Translations under genes and position numbers: made by a program
Shown here: in pieces, positions 13,371 through 27,475 of the stretch
Layout: each line of letters begins with the position of its first letter
Numbering within the stretch: the first letter of the stretch is position 1
Notes under the pieces: generated by a model
Told to the model about the DNA's origin: nothing
What the model saw: only the letters and a program-made list of their open reading frames with translations
Database searches by the model: none
DNA from: Octopus sinensis
Lineage: Eukaryota
DNA: 64,000 nucleotides
NCBI RefSeq assembly: GCF_006345805.1
Contig: NC_043015.1
Span: 1,736,001-1,800,000 of the forward strand
Reading direction: 5' to 3'

Positions 13371-13919
13371 TAAGTAAGGCACAATTGTTTTCATGATGAG
13401 CAAAATGCATAGCAGCGAGGTTGACTTTGCTTTTCATCCTTTTGGGGGTCGATAAAATAAGTACCAGTTGAAGACTAGAGTTGATGTAATTGACTTAGCT
13501 ACAAGCCCAAAGTTGATGGCCTTGAGCCAAAATGTGAATGCATAAATATCATCATCATCATCATTAGGATCTTGATTATGGATGATTATGGATGGCGGGG
13601 GTTCCTTGATTATCCCTAGAGGTCCTCCTGAATCTCCCTATCACCACTTGATAACTGGAGTTGGTTTGTTTACATTCCTCTAATTTACCAGTTCAGCAAA
13701 AGTGAAAGACAGAATAAGTACTAGGTTTACAAAAAATAAGTCCTGGGGTCAATTTCTTTGATTAAAACCCTTTAAGGTGCTGCTCCAGCATGGCCGCAGT
13801 CCAAAGACCAAAACAAGTAAAAGAATAAAAGAACATATATACACATCCATATTCTGGTATTACTAATATGTACCCTCACATTGTAAGCACTTTAATTCTG
13901 TCGTGCCTATTTCATTTCA

Positions 13920-14250
13920 TTCCATTTCATCTCATCTAGTTTCAGCTCACGAGCTGTGGCCATGTTGGGGCACTGCCATTCGGTGTTGCTACATGATTTT
14001 ACTTCACGACTGCTTTTTAGGAATTGACATTTGGTGCAGAGAGTTTGATGCAGCTGCCCTCATCTGCAACCTCCTGCCGTGAAGTTGGTTCATCTGGGAC
14101 ACCTGACAGGAAGAGGTCCAGCTTTATTTCAAAGACATCTGCATCCACCCCATGCAAGGTCTCTCAGGTCCTTCAGGAGGATATTGAAGAGCTGTGGACC
14201 TCTGAAGCCCAGGCTATCGCAGTATCTTGTCCTACATCTTGATGGCAATG
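13920..14250 (-). mobile_element. CR1/L2-group LINE ORF2 C-terminus and 3' UTR
   Basis: Minus frames give CDSLGFRGPQLFNILLKDLRD/HGVDADVFEIKLDLFLSGVPDEPT.../RAAASNSLHQ. Ends in GGCAGTGCCCCAACATGGCCACAGCTCGTGAGCTGAAACTAG followed by short repeats. Confidence 0.7.
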
Positions 14251-15207
14251 ATGAGTATACTGGGCTTCATATATTTATAATCACGGAGTAATAAACTCTC
14301 TCTCATTTACTCTTTCAGTCATTTGAGTGCGGCCATGCTGGAGCACCGCCTTTAATCGAGCAACTCGACCCCGGGACTTATATATATCATCATCATCATC
14401 GTTCAGCGTCCGCTTTCCATGCTAGCATGGGTTGGACGGTTCAACTGGGGTCTGGAAGCCAGAAGGCTGCACCAGGCCCAGTTTGATCTGGCAATGTTTC
14501 TACGGCTGGATGCCCTTCCTAACGCCAACCACTCCATGAGTGTAGTGGGTGCTTTTTACGTGCCAGACGAGTCTGGCAAACGACGGGCTTCTTTCAGTTT
14601 CCGTCTACCAAATCCACTCACAAGGCTTTGGTTGGCCCGAGGCTATAGTAGAAGACACTTGCCCAAGGTGCCATGCAGTAGGGGGACTGAACCCGGAACT
14701 ATGTGGTTGTTAAACAAGCTACTTACCACACAGCCACTCTTGCGCTTTTTTTTCCCCCCAAATAATTAAAAAATAATCAGAAATTTTGGAAAAGTTTAGT
14801 AAAGGAGGTGACCTTTCCAATATTAAATATCTAATATTAAATATAAACACAGCAAAATTAGTGATTCAGTAATATAGAGAGCCAAGCCGGTTTCAGAAAT
14901 AGTCAGTCATGAATAGGGTTAAATTAAAAAAACAAACCAAGGGCGGTTATCATCAAAGGAAATTTCTTATGAAAAACATAAACATTGAAATAAACGATTG
15001 GTCCACATAAACAATTTGCAGCAAGTTCCAGAACAGACATTTTTGTAATATTAATTTAATTTTGTGTGATTTTATTTTCGTTTTCTTGACTTTACTTCAT
15101 AAAAAAATATTACTTTCCCAGCGGTGGAAAATAAGACAGTCAAGAGTTGTTCCCCTTACATCTGTAACCTTAACATACTGTATTTGATGGCATTAATAAG
15201 CAAGCTG

Positions 15208-15623
15208 AGGGCGGCGAGCTGGCAGAATCGTTAGCACGTCGGGCGAAATGCTTAGCGGTATTTCGTTTGCTTTTACGTTCTGAGTTCAAATTCCGCCGAG
15301 GCCGACTTTGCCTTTCATCCTTTCGGGGTCGATAAATTAAGAACCAGTTACGCACTGGGGTCGATGTAATCGACTTAATACCTATGTCTGTCCTTGGTTG
15401 TCTCCTCTGTGTTTAGCCCTTGTGGTTAATAAAGAAGTAGGTATTTCGTCTGCCGCTACGTTCTGAGTTCAAATTCCGCCGAGGTCGACTTTGCCTTTCA
15501 TCCTTTCGGGGTTGATTAAATAAGTATCAGTTACGTACTGGGGTAGATGTAATCGACTTAATCCATTTGTCTGTCCTTGTTTGTCCCCTCTATGTTTTGC
15601 CCCCTGTGGGCAATGAAGAAATA
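15208..15623 (+). mobile_element. Dimeric tRNA-derived SINE (GCCTTTCATCCTTTCGGGGTCGATAAA central domain, Meta/Sauria-like)
   Basis: One head, two tandem B-box-to-tail bodies; 16-bp TSD ATTAATAAGCAAGCTG at 15192-15207 and 15624-15639. Confidence 0.85.
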
Positions 15624-16536
15624 ATTAATAAGCAAGCTGGCGGAATCGCTAGCACGTCGGACAGAACGCTTGGTCACATTTCATCTGTTTGTACGTTCTG
15701 AGTTCAAATACAACTGGGGTCGACTTTGCCTTTCATACTTCCGAGGGCGATGAAATAAGTACCAGTCAAGTACTGGGGCCCATGTAATTGATCATTTCCC
15801 AACCCCACGAACTAACTGGCCTTGTGTCAAAATTTTAAATCATCATCATCCTCCTCCTCCTCCATTATTATTATTATTATTACTAACGTGGCATTTCGTC
15901 TGTTTTTATGCTCTGAGTTCAAATCCCACTGAAGTCAACTTCACTTTTTATCCTTTCTGACTTGATAAAATCAACACCAGTCGCTGAAATCAACTACCCC
16001 ACCTCCTCCAAATTTCAGGCCTTGTGCCTATACCAGTGAAAATAAATATATCCATACTTCTAAACAGACATATTACATATTAACTACACCCCCAATTTGA
16101 GCAGCACATATTCAGGAAAACGTGAATGTCAGGGACAAAATTAGCTTAGGGCAGGCCTAACTTTACCTACAGGATCAAAAGCGATTCTTTGAGGAGATTT
16201 TGTTTCTAAAAATATATGTCATATGCATTTAAATATGGTATTTAAAATTTTTTCGCCTTCACCTAGTTTGTTTCATTTAAAGCAGTTGGCTGTCAAGCAC
16301 TGAGGGCAATGGCCTTGATTTTGTGCTCTCCCTCAAAACTGATGGCCTTGTACTGAGAACAGAAAGTTCTTTTTTGTTATGATGTTCTTCGATAGTCTGA
16401 TTATATGAAACCTTGGGCAAGTGTCTCCTTACTATAGCCTGAGGCCAATCAAAGGCACATAAATGGATCTGGTAAATGGAAACTGAAAGAAGCTCATCAT
16501 ATTTATATGATGATGATAATAATAATAATAATAATG

Positions 16537-16568
<32 letters not shown>

Positions 16569-17404
16569 GATTTCATTTCTTCATCATGAGGTTCTTGAGA
16601 TATCTTGTCCATGGACAACCAAACAGACACAACTGAAAACAATACCTCTGCCTTCACTAAGGTGGAGGTAAGAATGATAATCCTTTCTTCTCTAGGCACA
16701 TGGCCTGAAGTTTTGGGGGAAGGCTGCAAAATTATTTCATCGACCTAGTGCTCAACTGGTATTTATTTCATCGACCTCAAAAAATGATAAAAGGTGAAGT
16801 CAACCATGGCAGAATTTGAACTCAGAATGTAGAGATGAACAAAATGCCACTAAGCATTCCAGCCCAGTGTGCTAACAACTCTGCCAGCTTGCCTCTAGAA
16901 CAACAGCAGCAGCAGCAGTAGCAACCGCTGTTCAAGAATTTGGGCCTGGAGATCTCCATTCCAAGCGACATCGAGGGCCACCTCCCAGTGGTGTCGGGTG
17001 TGAACGAAGAGCCCTCGACTACAACAAGACGATTAAAGTTTAATTTTTTTTCAAGGTCTGGGGTCTCCCGCCCCTAAGTCCCAGACCGTCTCCTAATCAC
17101 CCTTACCCGTCTTGTTGCTTAACAACAACAACAGCAGCAGCAACAAGGACAAGAGCAATAACAACAACCACAAAAATACCCTGATGCAAGACCAATCAAT
17201 GGCTCTCATGTCTTCTGGTCTTAATTGAATGGAAGTGTAACCATGCACTTGTCTTGTCTTGGCTACAGCAAATATTCTGCTCAGTTCCACAGATTTGCTT
17301 GTCAGCTGCTTGACCTTAACCAACTGAGCATGTCTCTTAGTGGCTGACAATATGGGCATCTCTGATCACGAGCAGAAGTAGTGGGGGAACATCGTAGCCA
17401 TGTA

Positions 17405-17490
17405 TTGATAATAATAATAATGAAATTATTGTATACAGTGCTCAGGTGTACCACAACTTGCCAAAAGTGCGTATAAAGTATATGAGATAA
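17405..17490 (-). mobile_element. Short CR1 3' tail remnant
   Basis: Reverse complement of the CTGAGCACTGTA(C/T)AC + (ATT)n terminus seen at 31276-31310. Confidence 0.65.
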
Positions 17491-18431
17491 ATTCTTTGGG
17501 GTTTGAATAATTAATCTCTGGAAACATGGGGGTTTTGTTCATCGTCCTTAAACAAACCTTATTCAGTGGCCTTCTGAGCTAGATGGACTTCGCAACCTGA
17601 AGAAAATTCTAACTGGGACCCACCCGCAAGGTCATGCACTGTTTGTCTCAATATTAGATCACCATGTCATGCACATATGGTTGTGCTGCGTGTACCTGGT
17701 GTACCTTTGTCAGACAGGTAGTCATGACGGGTGTAGTGGGTTTTGTATATTTGTGTCCCACATTCGCTTTGATGGTGTGTGCTGCTCTCTCACACAATAA
17801 TAATAATAATAATAATAAAACACACGTATGCATATATAAATACACAGATACACATGCTAACAAACACACACACACACACATAGAGGTGTGTGTGTGTGTG
17901 TGTGTGTGTGTATGAGTGTCTTTATGACTTTGAAAGTATTTATAAGAAAAGAGGTATAAAATGATGGATGACTGGGTACACAAACAATCACTCATGCACA
18001 CACACACACACAAACACACACACACAGACACACACACAAACACACACAAACACACACACATACACACACACACACAAACAAACACACAGACACACACACA
18101 CACACACATACACGTTCATGCGAAAACGCAAGTGTAGAAAACAGTAAATTCATATATACATGCACATAAACACACATACAAGGACATACGCAGAAACATG
18201 CACATACATACGACACATATATTTGCACATTTATATACGTGCGCACACACACACAAACATACATATACACATACATACATAATTACATAAATACATTTAT
18301 ATCCACATATAAATAAACAAGAATAAACGTACATCCGCACACATGTATACATACACATACATACATAAGGAGATACGTACAAACCTACACCGATAGTGTT
18401 ACACAAATGCATCTGTGTGTGTGTAGGCGTT

Positions 18432-18463
<32 letters not shown>

Positions 18464-18834
18464 AGTATGTGTGAGAGGGTGTGTGATGCGGAGATGGTGC
18501 TGGAGGTGGAGATGTCACCAGAGAGTTGACAGGAAATTAAAAGGAATACCGACAGAATCAATGTGTAGCAATGACTGACGTTAAATGGAAACAAACACAT
18601 AAACAAACAAACAAAAAGAAAACAAACAAAAATTGTGTCTCCCCTCCACCACCACCACCACCACCACTGCCTCTCCCCCGCCCCTTCTAGCTCTGCTGCC
18701 CGCCACCACCACCCCGGGAGCGTTTTCATCTCGCTGTGCCACCACCTCCTCCCCCAGCTCCGTATTGCACCCGACCATTACCTTGCTTGCCACCCAATTT
18801 ATGTTAGTGGCACCCACCCTCTACTGGAGGGACG

Positions 18835-19246
18835 TAGAAGAAGAAGAAGAAGAAGAAGAAGAAAATAAGTAGCAGGTGAGGTGGAAGAAACAGAGGAGGA
18901 GGAAGATGAAGAAGAAAAAAAGTGAAAAAAGAAAAATTGGAAGAAGTGGAGGAAGAAGAAGGAAGGAGAAGTCAAAGAGGGGGAGGAGGAAGAAGCAGAG
19001 GAGGGAGAGGAAGAAGTGGAGGGGGAGGACGACGACGAAGAAGAAAAGAAGTGGAGGAGGAGGAAATAGAAGAAGTAGAAGGGGGGAAAAAGAATTAAAA
19101 GAAGGAGGAGGAGGAGAAGAAGAAAAAGAAGAAGTGGAAGGAGAAGTGGAAGAAGAAGGAGGAGGAGGAGAAGGAGAAGAAGAAAAAGAAGAAGAAGGAG
19201 AAGAAGAAGAAGAAGAAGAAGAAGAAGAAGAAGAAGAAGAAGAAGA
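18835..19246. repeat. (GAA/GGA)n polypurine block
   Basis: About 410 nt of almost pure purines on the plus strand. Confidence 0.95.
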
Positions 19247-19459
19247 TAGGTATTCCATTGTCAACTGCCACAGCATATGAGCAGTTATGTACAGAAGATT
19301 CTGCAGACAGACGTCTTCAGATGCATGCATGCACACAACACTCATATACTTACATGCATATATATACACACATATACACACATCTATCTTACCTCTGACT
19401 AGGTAGACGTATACATGCACGTACCTGAACATGAGTACGTAAACACTTCCCGTACATAA

Positions 19460-19529
<70 letters not shown>

Positions 19530-19869
19530 CACACACACACATAGATTAGTATATGTGTGTGTGTGTGCAGAAACAAGCTGATTAGAACAACATCAACAAC
19601 AACAACAAAAAACAGTCAACAGTGAGTCTGCAGAAAGGACAACAATGAGATGAAATACCAAGAAAAACAGAAGCAAAACACAACAAACACACAAACAAAA
19701 TATGTAAAAAAAAACCCCCCCAAAAAAAACGAATGACTTTCCTCTACCACCGCCACCACCACCACCACCACCACCGCTACCACTACTACTATAACTACTA
19801 CATTAGTGTTGTCATCCGTGGGGCATGTAATGGGATGAACCAATAAGAACACCTTGAAAGACAACTGTG

Positions 19870-20160
19870 TCATCATCGTTTTCATCATCAACATCATCAC
19901 AATTGTCATCATCTTTCATCATCATCATCATAACAAGCATCAAAACCACTGACACCACCATCACTTTTCTTCTTCTTCTTCTCCCTCCTCCTCCTCCTCC
20001 TCCTCCTCATTTCACTGATTGCGTCATCCACACTAATTCAGTGTCATTGTCTTTTGTCTTCGCCATTATCAATGCTGTCATTTTTATCATCATCAACATC
20101 ATCATCAACAACACCATCATCATCATCAACATCATCATCAACACCATCATCATCATCAAT

Positions 20161-20191
<31 letters not shown>

Positions 20192-20400
20192 ATATCACCA
20201 TCACCATCATCATCAACACCATCATCATCAACATCACCATCACTGCTTTCATCATCATTATCATCGTTGTCGTCGTCATCATCATCATCAACAATAACAT
20301 TGTTATTATCATCATTATCCTTATTGCCATGCTCCTCCTCATTTTCATTATCGATATTGCCATCATCATCGTTGCCATCGTCATCATCATCATCATCACC
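19870..20400. repeat. (CAT)n degenerate microsatellite block
   Basis: Directly visible. Confidence 0.95.
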
Positions 20401-21299
20401 ATTAAGAAACCAACAAGACGCATACAAACTAGTTTTAAAACATAGCAACCAAATATTCCTCAAATAACATTCCAATATCATTAGAAAAGGACACACTGCA
20501 TAATGAGCTCCTAAGTTCAATCACCGCACATAGGAATACAATGGGATGGTCATGGTTGGATTATTTATGATTATGGGCCATGTTCAGTCAGGGTCACTCT
20601 GAGGCTAAACAATGATAAAAATACTTAAATAAGATTAGCTAAACATGGGAGTCAAAATAGGTGCCCATGTCGCAAAAGGCCAGTGGGCTTATAAAAAATA
20701 GTGAAAGAGGTAGTATTGATACCCAAAGCAAAATATTCAGCATACATACACACATCATCATCATCTTCATTTCACATCCATTTTCCATGCTAGCATGGAT
20801 TGGACGGTTTGACACGGAGCTGACCAGCCAGGTAGCTGTCCAAACTCCTGCTGTCTGTTGTGGACATGGTCTCCATGGCTGCATGCCTATCCTAACGCCA
20901 ACCACTTTACAGAATGTTTTGGGTGCTTTGTATGTGCCACTGGCACAGGTGCCTTTACATGGCACTGACACTTATGAAGGACAAGCCTGTATGTATGGAC
21001 GACAGTGATTTTACTTAACTCTGCATTTAGGGGGTTTTGTTCTCATGAAAGTAATATTGTGGTTTTGGTTACCGGAGAGAAACAGTGTGTTTAGAGGGCA
21101 TGTGGCTCAGAGTTAGGGTATTTGGCTCATAAGGTTGTGAGTTTGTTTCCGGTGGCACACTGTATCCTTGAGCAAGGCACTTTCTATTTCATGTTACTCC
21201 AGCCCACTCAGCTGGCAAAAATGAGTTGTACTGGCAGTTTGAAGGGCTCACCTTGTCACATGCTGCATTACACTGAATCTCCCTGAGAACTACATTAAG

Positions 21300-21722
21300 G
21301 GTTACAAAATTCATAAACCAGAACACAAAACAAAAAAAAAACGAAAAAAAAAAAGCAAGAGGGCACTTCTATGATTTTCTGAAACACTTTTTCATACTCA
21401 GAATTGACCCGTGGACAAATTTACAAAGTCAGAAAGCAGCACAGCTCCCAGGACTTTCGGAAACATTTTTTTCATACTAAGAGTTGCTGAAGTATGGAAC
21501 AAACTGCCGGCATCAGTTGTTAGTTGTCGGAGCACTGCATCCTTCAAAACTTCCATGCTTCCTGAGATTCGCCAACATTACACCTAATTTTCTCCCCTCC
21601 ATACACACGCAAGCATGTATCTGACTCGTACACTGTTCACTTCCCAGACACTTGTACGTTACTGCAAATGCTTTATACGTGCAACTCAGCACTGTATTCA
21701 ATAATTTCATTATTATTATTAT
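21300..21722 (+). mobile_element. CR1 LINE 3' fragment (two overlapping degenerate pieces) with longer 3' UTR
   Basis: Encodes TRGQIYKVRKQHSSQDFRKHF...VAEVWNKLPASVV, similar to the 30 kb copy; ends in GCACTGTAT...(ATT)n. Confidence 0.85.
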
Positions 21723-22559
21723 TAAAGCATGGAATTAACAAACTGTGTTGGTTGCTAGCCATCAGGATACTGCATGTTTCAAAAATTCTTGTGCTGAAAT
21801 TCACCAACATTACTTCTAATGTCCCCACAAATCCTCTCCCCCTCTTTATGACTCTTTTGCAGTTTTACAAACAAATTGTAATGCATCTGAGTTCATTATT
21901 AAATACGACAACATATTCTTATCCAAAATTTCTATGATTCTGACAAAGATAGATGAGATGAGCAAAGCATCAAATTAACCGGTTCATTAAAGCTCTTAAT
22001 AAATTGCATTGTGCTAGTCATTCCAAAACTGCGTTCAGAGTTCTAAACCCACCAAAATCAAATCTGCCTTTGATCCTTTCGTCATTTCTAAGCAAACAAA
22101 AGAGCAATGGGTTTGCCATTCTCTTTCACTCTCAGCTTCTTTCTGTTTCTTTCTTTCTCTCTCTCTCTCTTTGTCTCTGCCTCACTCTTGCAAGAAATCA
22201 GCTATGATCAGATCTGGATAGCAGGGTGGATTCTGCAAAGCCTACAAGAAATGTTTATGATAGGCCCATGCTTTGAGTCACAGTGGCACCACTATGACTA
22301 CCAAGAGTGGAAGGCCCAAAGCAACGACAAGTCAAGATGAGGTGGTCATAGCAGGAATGTCTCTGAGCATAACAATGCTCGATCAAAGCTGACTTGAGAT
22401 GAAATAACCACAACAATCATCATAGTAGCTTAGTAATACATAACCTGTATCAAGTAGGTTGAAGTGAGAAAGTGGATTGCAGACATAAGCAAAGTCTCAG
22501 CCGATGAGACATAGAAAGGGCACAGTTAGAAAATGGTGAGTATGTGCTTGAGAAGATTC

Positions 22560-23170
22560 GTCAAGCCCAAGTGAGACCATAACCTCATGGCCAATGCCAG
22601 GGGTGTAACCAGCCCACTCATGCATACCTTTCTTTCATTGGACACTAAACTCTGCTTGCGAAGACTTGTTGAAGCAAGTGAAATCAAAATCAAAATCAAA
22701 TTCGATGACCGGCATCTATGCTAGTGGAGCACTAAGAGTACCATCCAAGTGTGATCGTTGCCAGAGCAACAAACTGGCTTCCGTGCCAGTGGCACATAAA
22801 AGGCACCATTTGAATGTGATCATTACCTGCATTGCCTTACTGGCACTTGTGCTGGTGGCATGTGAAAAAACATTTGATCGAGGTCGTTGACAGTGCCACT
22901 GGACTGGCTCCTGCGCAAGTGGCACATAAAAAGCACCATTTGAGCGTGGCCATTGCCAGTACTGCCTAATTGGCCCTCGTGCCAGTGTCATGTAAAAGCA
23001 CCCACTACACTCTCGGAGTGGTTGGCGTTAGGAAGGGCATCCAGCTGTAGAAACTCTGCCAGATCAGATTGGAGCCTGGTGCAGCCATCTGGTTCGCTAG
23101 ACCTCAGTCCGTCCAACCCATGCTATCATGGAAAGCAGACATTAAACGATGATGATGATGATGATGATGA
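22560..23170 (+). mobile_element. Long copy of the (GAT)n-tailed retroposon family (AAGGGCATCCAGC motif)
   Basis: Ends CATGGAAAGCAGACATTAAACGATGATGATG. Shorter copies at about 290, 4362, 6310, 8068, 14385, 20750, 34170, 35150, 39640, 42000, 45065, 45340, 47090, 47740, 48780, 51370 and 52095, on both strands. An RTE-type tail is inferred. Confidence 0.8.
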
Positions 23171-25577
23171 CTGTAGAATTTTGGAGTATGCATGACTGAG
23201 TGACTGAGAGCATGTGTGTGTGTGTGGCAGAGAGACTGCGTAAGTGTGTTAGCTTGGGTGTCTGTGTGCATATGTGAATGCAACATATATGTGTGTCCGT
23301 ATGTTTGAGAGCAAGTCTATGTACATATATGTGTGTGTGTGTGTGTGTGTAGATGTGTGTATGTGTGATATTCAGACTACATGGCTGTATATGTATTTGA
23401 GTGTGTGCTTCTGTGTGTGTGTGTGTCTGAGTGCAGCAGAGAGACTGGGTAAGTGTGTTTGCTTGGGTGCCTGTGTGTGTATGTGAGTGCAACATATATG
23501 TGTGTCCATACGTTTGAGAGTAAGTCTATGTACGTATATGCACGTGTGTGTGTGTGTGTGTATGTGTGTGAGTGTGTGTGTATGTGTGTATGTGTGTGAG
23601 TGTGTGTGTAGATGTGTGTATGTGTGAAATCCAGTTTGAATGGCTGTATATGTATTTGAGTGTGTGCCTATGCATGTGTGTCTGTGTGTGTGCATGTGAC
23701 GAACACAATAAGTTTGTACATGTTTAAGGGTGTGTGTGTGTGTGTGTGTGTGTGCATAGGTAAAGGTACCACATACGCATGTCTGTATGTTTGAGAGCAA
23801 GTCTATATATGTATGTGTGTGTGTGTGTGCAAGTGATATACAAACGTGTGTATATGTGTGAATGAGTCAGTGTTCACAAATGCTTCATATATATGTGTGT
23901 GTGTGTTGATGATGATGATGATGTATGTATGTATGTATATGTATACATATATGTATTTTTGTATGTATATATATATATATACAAACACACACATGCATAC
24001 ACACAAATATGCATGTATGTGCATGCGCGCGTGTGTGTGTGTGTGTGTGTGTTTCATTCTCACTGGAGTGGGTGGTTTTAGGTAAATGGTTAGAAGGTGG
24101 GGGTGTTACCAAGATTTGATTAAATGTTCACATGAATAGCAAGGAGTGATGGGAGGGGTGAGGGAGGACAGGGGTGTGGGTGAAGGTTAGCAGGAGGGAC
24201 AAATTAGTGTTGAGAGGGGAGGGGGAGCAGGCGTGCGGGGGGGACCGGGGGTGGGTGGGTGTCGGGGCCATGTAGACAGTATTGATGTGGCTTTCAAGAG
24301 TTGGGTGGTGGAGCATTTCAGATACTAGCATAATTGGTAGTAGTGATGGTGGTGGTGGTGGTGGTGGTAGAGATGGTTGTGAGGTATTGGTAGTAGTAGT
24401 GGTAGTGGTGGTGGTGGTGGTGGTTATAGTTGGGGGGGGGCAGAGGGTACTAATGTGGTGAGGATGTGTTGGGGTGGGGGGGAGGAGAGAGGTGTAGTAA
24501 TAGTGGTGGCAAAGATTGTGATGGTGGTAGTGGTTGCTTTGGTAGCATTGATGGTGGTGGTGGTGGTGGTGATGTTGGTGGAGGTGATGTTGGTGGTGGT
24601 GATGTTGGTGGATGTTGTTGGGGTAGGGTATATTGATGAGATGGGGATGGAAAATGTAGAGTGATTAGTTTTCATAGTAGTAGTCGTAGTAGTAGTAATA
24701 GTAGTAGAAGTAGTGGTGGTAGTTATAAACGTCATCATCATCATCATCTTAATGTCTGCCCGCATCAAACTTCTGTGACTGTTTTGGCACAGCTTTCACA
24801 GTTGGAGGCCCTACGTAACACCGTGGTCATTCATTCTATCGGTCCCTTTTGCTAAACTGCTAAGCAATAGGGATGTAAACAAACCAATGGTGGTTATAAA
24901 AGTGGCAAAAAACAAACAAACGCATACACACACACACACACGTACATACACACACACACACACACACGTACATACATATACATATTCACAACTGACAAGC
25001 GGCTCTCAGCTTCTGTCGGCCAAATCCACTCACAAGGCTTTCATCAACATAGGGCTGTTGCAGAAGACACTTGCCCAAGGTACCACATGATGGCACATGT
25101 GCAGAGTTTAATGCATCAACAAGAAAATACTACAAGAATCCTACATGAGCGGTTTTTTTTCTTTTATTAATTTACATGTTTCAGTCATTTGACCGTGGCG
25201 CTGCTGGAGCACTGCCTTAGAGGGTCTTTTAGTTGGAGAAACTGACCCCAGGACTTATTCGTTGTAAGCCTAGTACTTATTCTATCAGTCTCTTTTGCCG
25301 AACTGCTAAGTTATGGGGACACAAACACACCAACATCAGTTGTCAAGTGATGGTGTGGGAACAAACACAGATACAAAGATACACACATATACACAAATAC
25401 AGTTTCTGTCTACCAAATCCACTCACTTGAGGCTATAGTTGAAGACACCAGCCCGAGGTGTCACGAGGTGTGGTTGGGAAGCAAGCTTCTTACCACACAG
25501 CCACGTCTGCGCCTATGTGTGTGTGTGTGTGTGTGTGGATACTGGATGGAAATGTTCTGAATCAAACTCCAGCTTAC

Positions 25578-25710
25578 CTGAATGGGAATTTTGAAGCATA
25601 TCCATAAGAGACAGAAGCACTTATGGCTCCTAGCTCCATGGTGACACTAAATAAATTAATTCCTCTACCGCTCTTGGAGTTGACGATCTTGATAATCTGA
25701 GGTAGTTTCA
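25578..25710 (-). CDS. MPDU1: MPDU1 coding exon 3 ((V)KLPQIIKIVNSKSGRGINLFSVTMELGAISASVSYGYASKFPFS), first PQ-loop
   Basis: TTTGCTTTCTTTCAG acceptor; 133 nt; donor GTAAGC at 25577. Contains VKLPQ and FPFS motifs of MPDU1; frame continuous with exons 2 and 4. Confidence 0.95.
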
Positions 25711-26517
25711 CTGAAAGAAAGCAAAATGAAACAGCATATTAAACAGAGGGATTCATAACTGTTTTATTTCAGGATGGTCATTTTTTTCTTGTAAAATAAA
25801 CACACACATTACACATTCGTTCTTCACTTGTTTATTATTGTTCTTATTTTATCTTATGTCCATTGTCTGGAAATCTTTCGTCAAAAATCTGTGACTTCTT
25901 CAGCACCTTTTTCTGTCCACATGTATCCTCCTGCTCCATGCAGTCCATTCTTATTTGACCCAAAAAAATGTTTAAATACATGGTTTCACATCAGGAATCT
26001 TGCAACTGAAATTCATAAATGTATGAATTCATAACTATTATATGAGTAAAGGTATATGGTCTAGTGGTTAGGGTGTTGCACTCATGACCTCAATATGATG
26101 GTTTCAAATCACAGAAAGGGTGGGTGAGCACAACACTTCACTTCACATTGCTTAAGTTCACTTAACTGAAAATGAGTAACACTACAATGGACTTTGTTCT
26201 GAGAAAATTTGAATGTTATTGTCCTTGCTATAATTGTAAATAGTGGTCAAAAAGTTAGCTGCTGGTCATTGTGTTGCCATTGCTGGCCATTTATTGTGGT
26301 TGATGTTGGCTTGGGTCAGCAGCTGTCTGTGTCTGTTCACCATCCATCTGACATGTCTGCTGTCTCTCAATGTTCTCTCTGAAGCTCTCTCTCTGTCAAG
26401 TAGCCAAGGTGTGCCAAAACTTCACTACACATTCTTCCAGTTCCCTTAGCTGGGTATACTGGGCTTCCTATATTTTACCCCAGTGTCACTTTGATGGCAT
26501 ACACTGCTCTCTCACTC

Positions 26518-26551
<34 letters not shown>

Positions 26552-27475
26552 CTTTCTACAATAAGTTCAAGGCCTGAAATTTTAGGGAAAGGGGTTGTTG
26601 ATTATATTGGCTTCAATGCTTAACCAGTACTAATTTCATCAACCCCAAAAGGAAGAAAGGCAAAGTCAACCTTGGCAGAATTAGAACTCAGAATGTAAAG
26701 ACTGGCAAAACGCTACCAGATATTTGGTCAGGCAAGCTCACAATTTTGCCAGCTTGCTGCCTAATCACAGCAATAATAATGATTTCTAAAGAAAAGGGAT
26801 GACCACAAAATCTGGAAGAAAGAAAAGGGTACAGCATTTGGCCCAGGTTTCTGGTCATACCTTTATCAATCAGTAATAAAGGTACACCAAACATAATTAT
26901 CCTGTCTTTTTTCCTATGTGAAAACCTAAGACTATATAATCCTATACAATATTTATTTTTAAGACTGTGTGTGTATTGAGGGAGTTTTTGCTGCCGTTTC
27001 TAGCGAAGTCAAACAACCACACAGAGGCCCCAATGTTATCTCAGTGTAGTTAGGCATTTAGGTCAGCTGAAGTGTATAAGCTATCAATTTGTGTATCAGA
27101 GCATGTGTTAATTAAAAAAGACTGGTTTACAGTTCATGGTCTGTTAGATGTCTTTCTCAGGTGGGGCCACGTAAGCAAATGTTAACGTTTGTGTAATTAT
27201 CTATTCATGTGATAATTATTAACCAAGAAAAGAAAAGCAAAAATGAGAGAAGGGGTAGTAAATGAGTGAGAGAGATCATCGTTGCCGTTAAAGTCTTAAA
27301 TCAAATACCAATCTTTCCTTTTCCACCAAAAAGCCATCAATGCATCCCCTTGTGACTTCGGTGATAAGCATATACAGTTTTCCATGTAGTTTTATAGGGA
27401 CAACACCATAGGTTGTTGTGTCTGGGGAGAGTCATTTTCTTTTTGTGCCTTATTATGTAAAACACACATCGGTAA

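Noticed and set aside
18876-19280. Acidic/basic low-complexity ORF (poly-E, K/R)
   Set aside because: Product of the (GAA/GGA)n tract.
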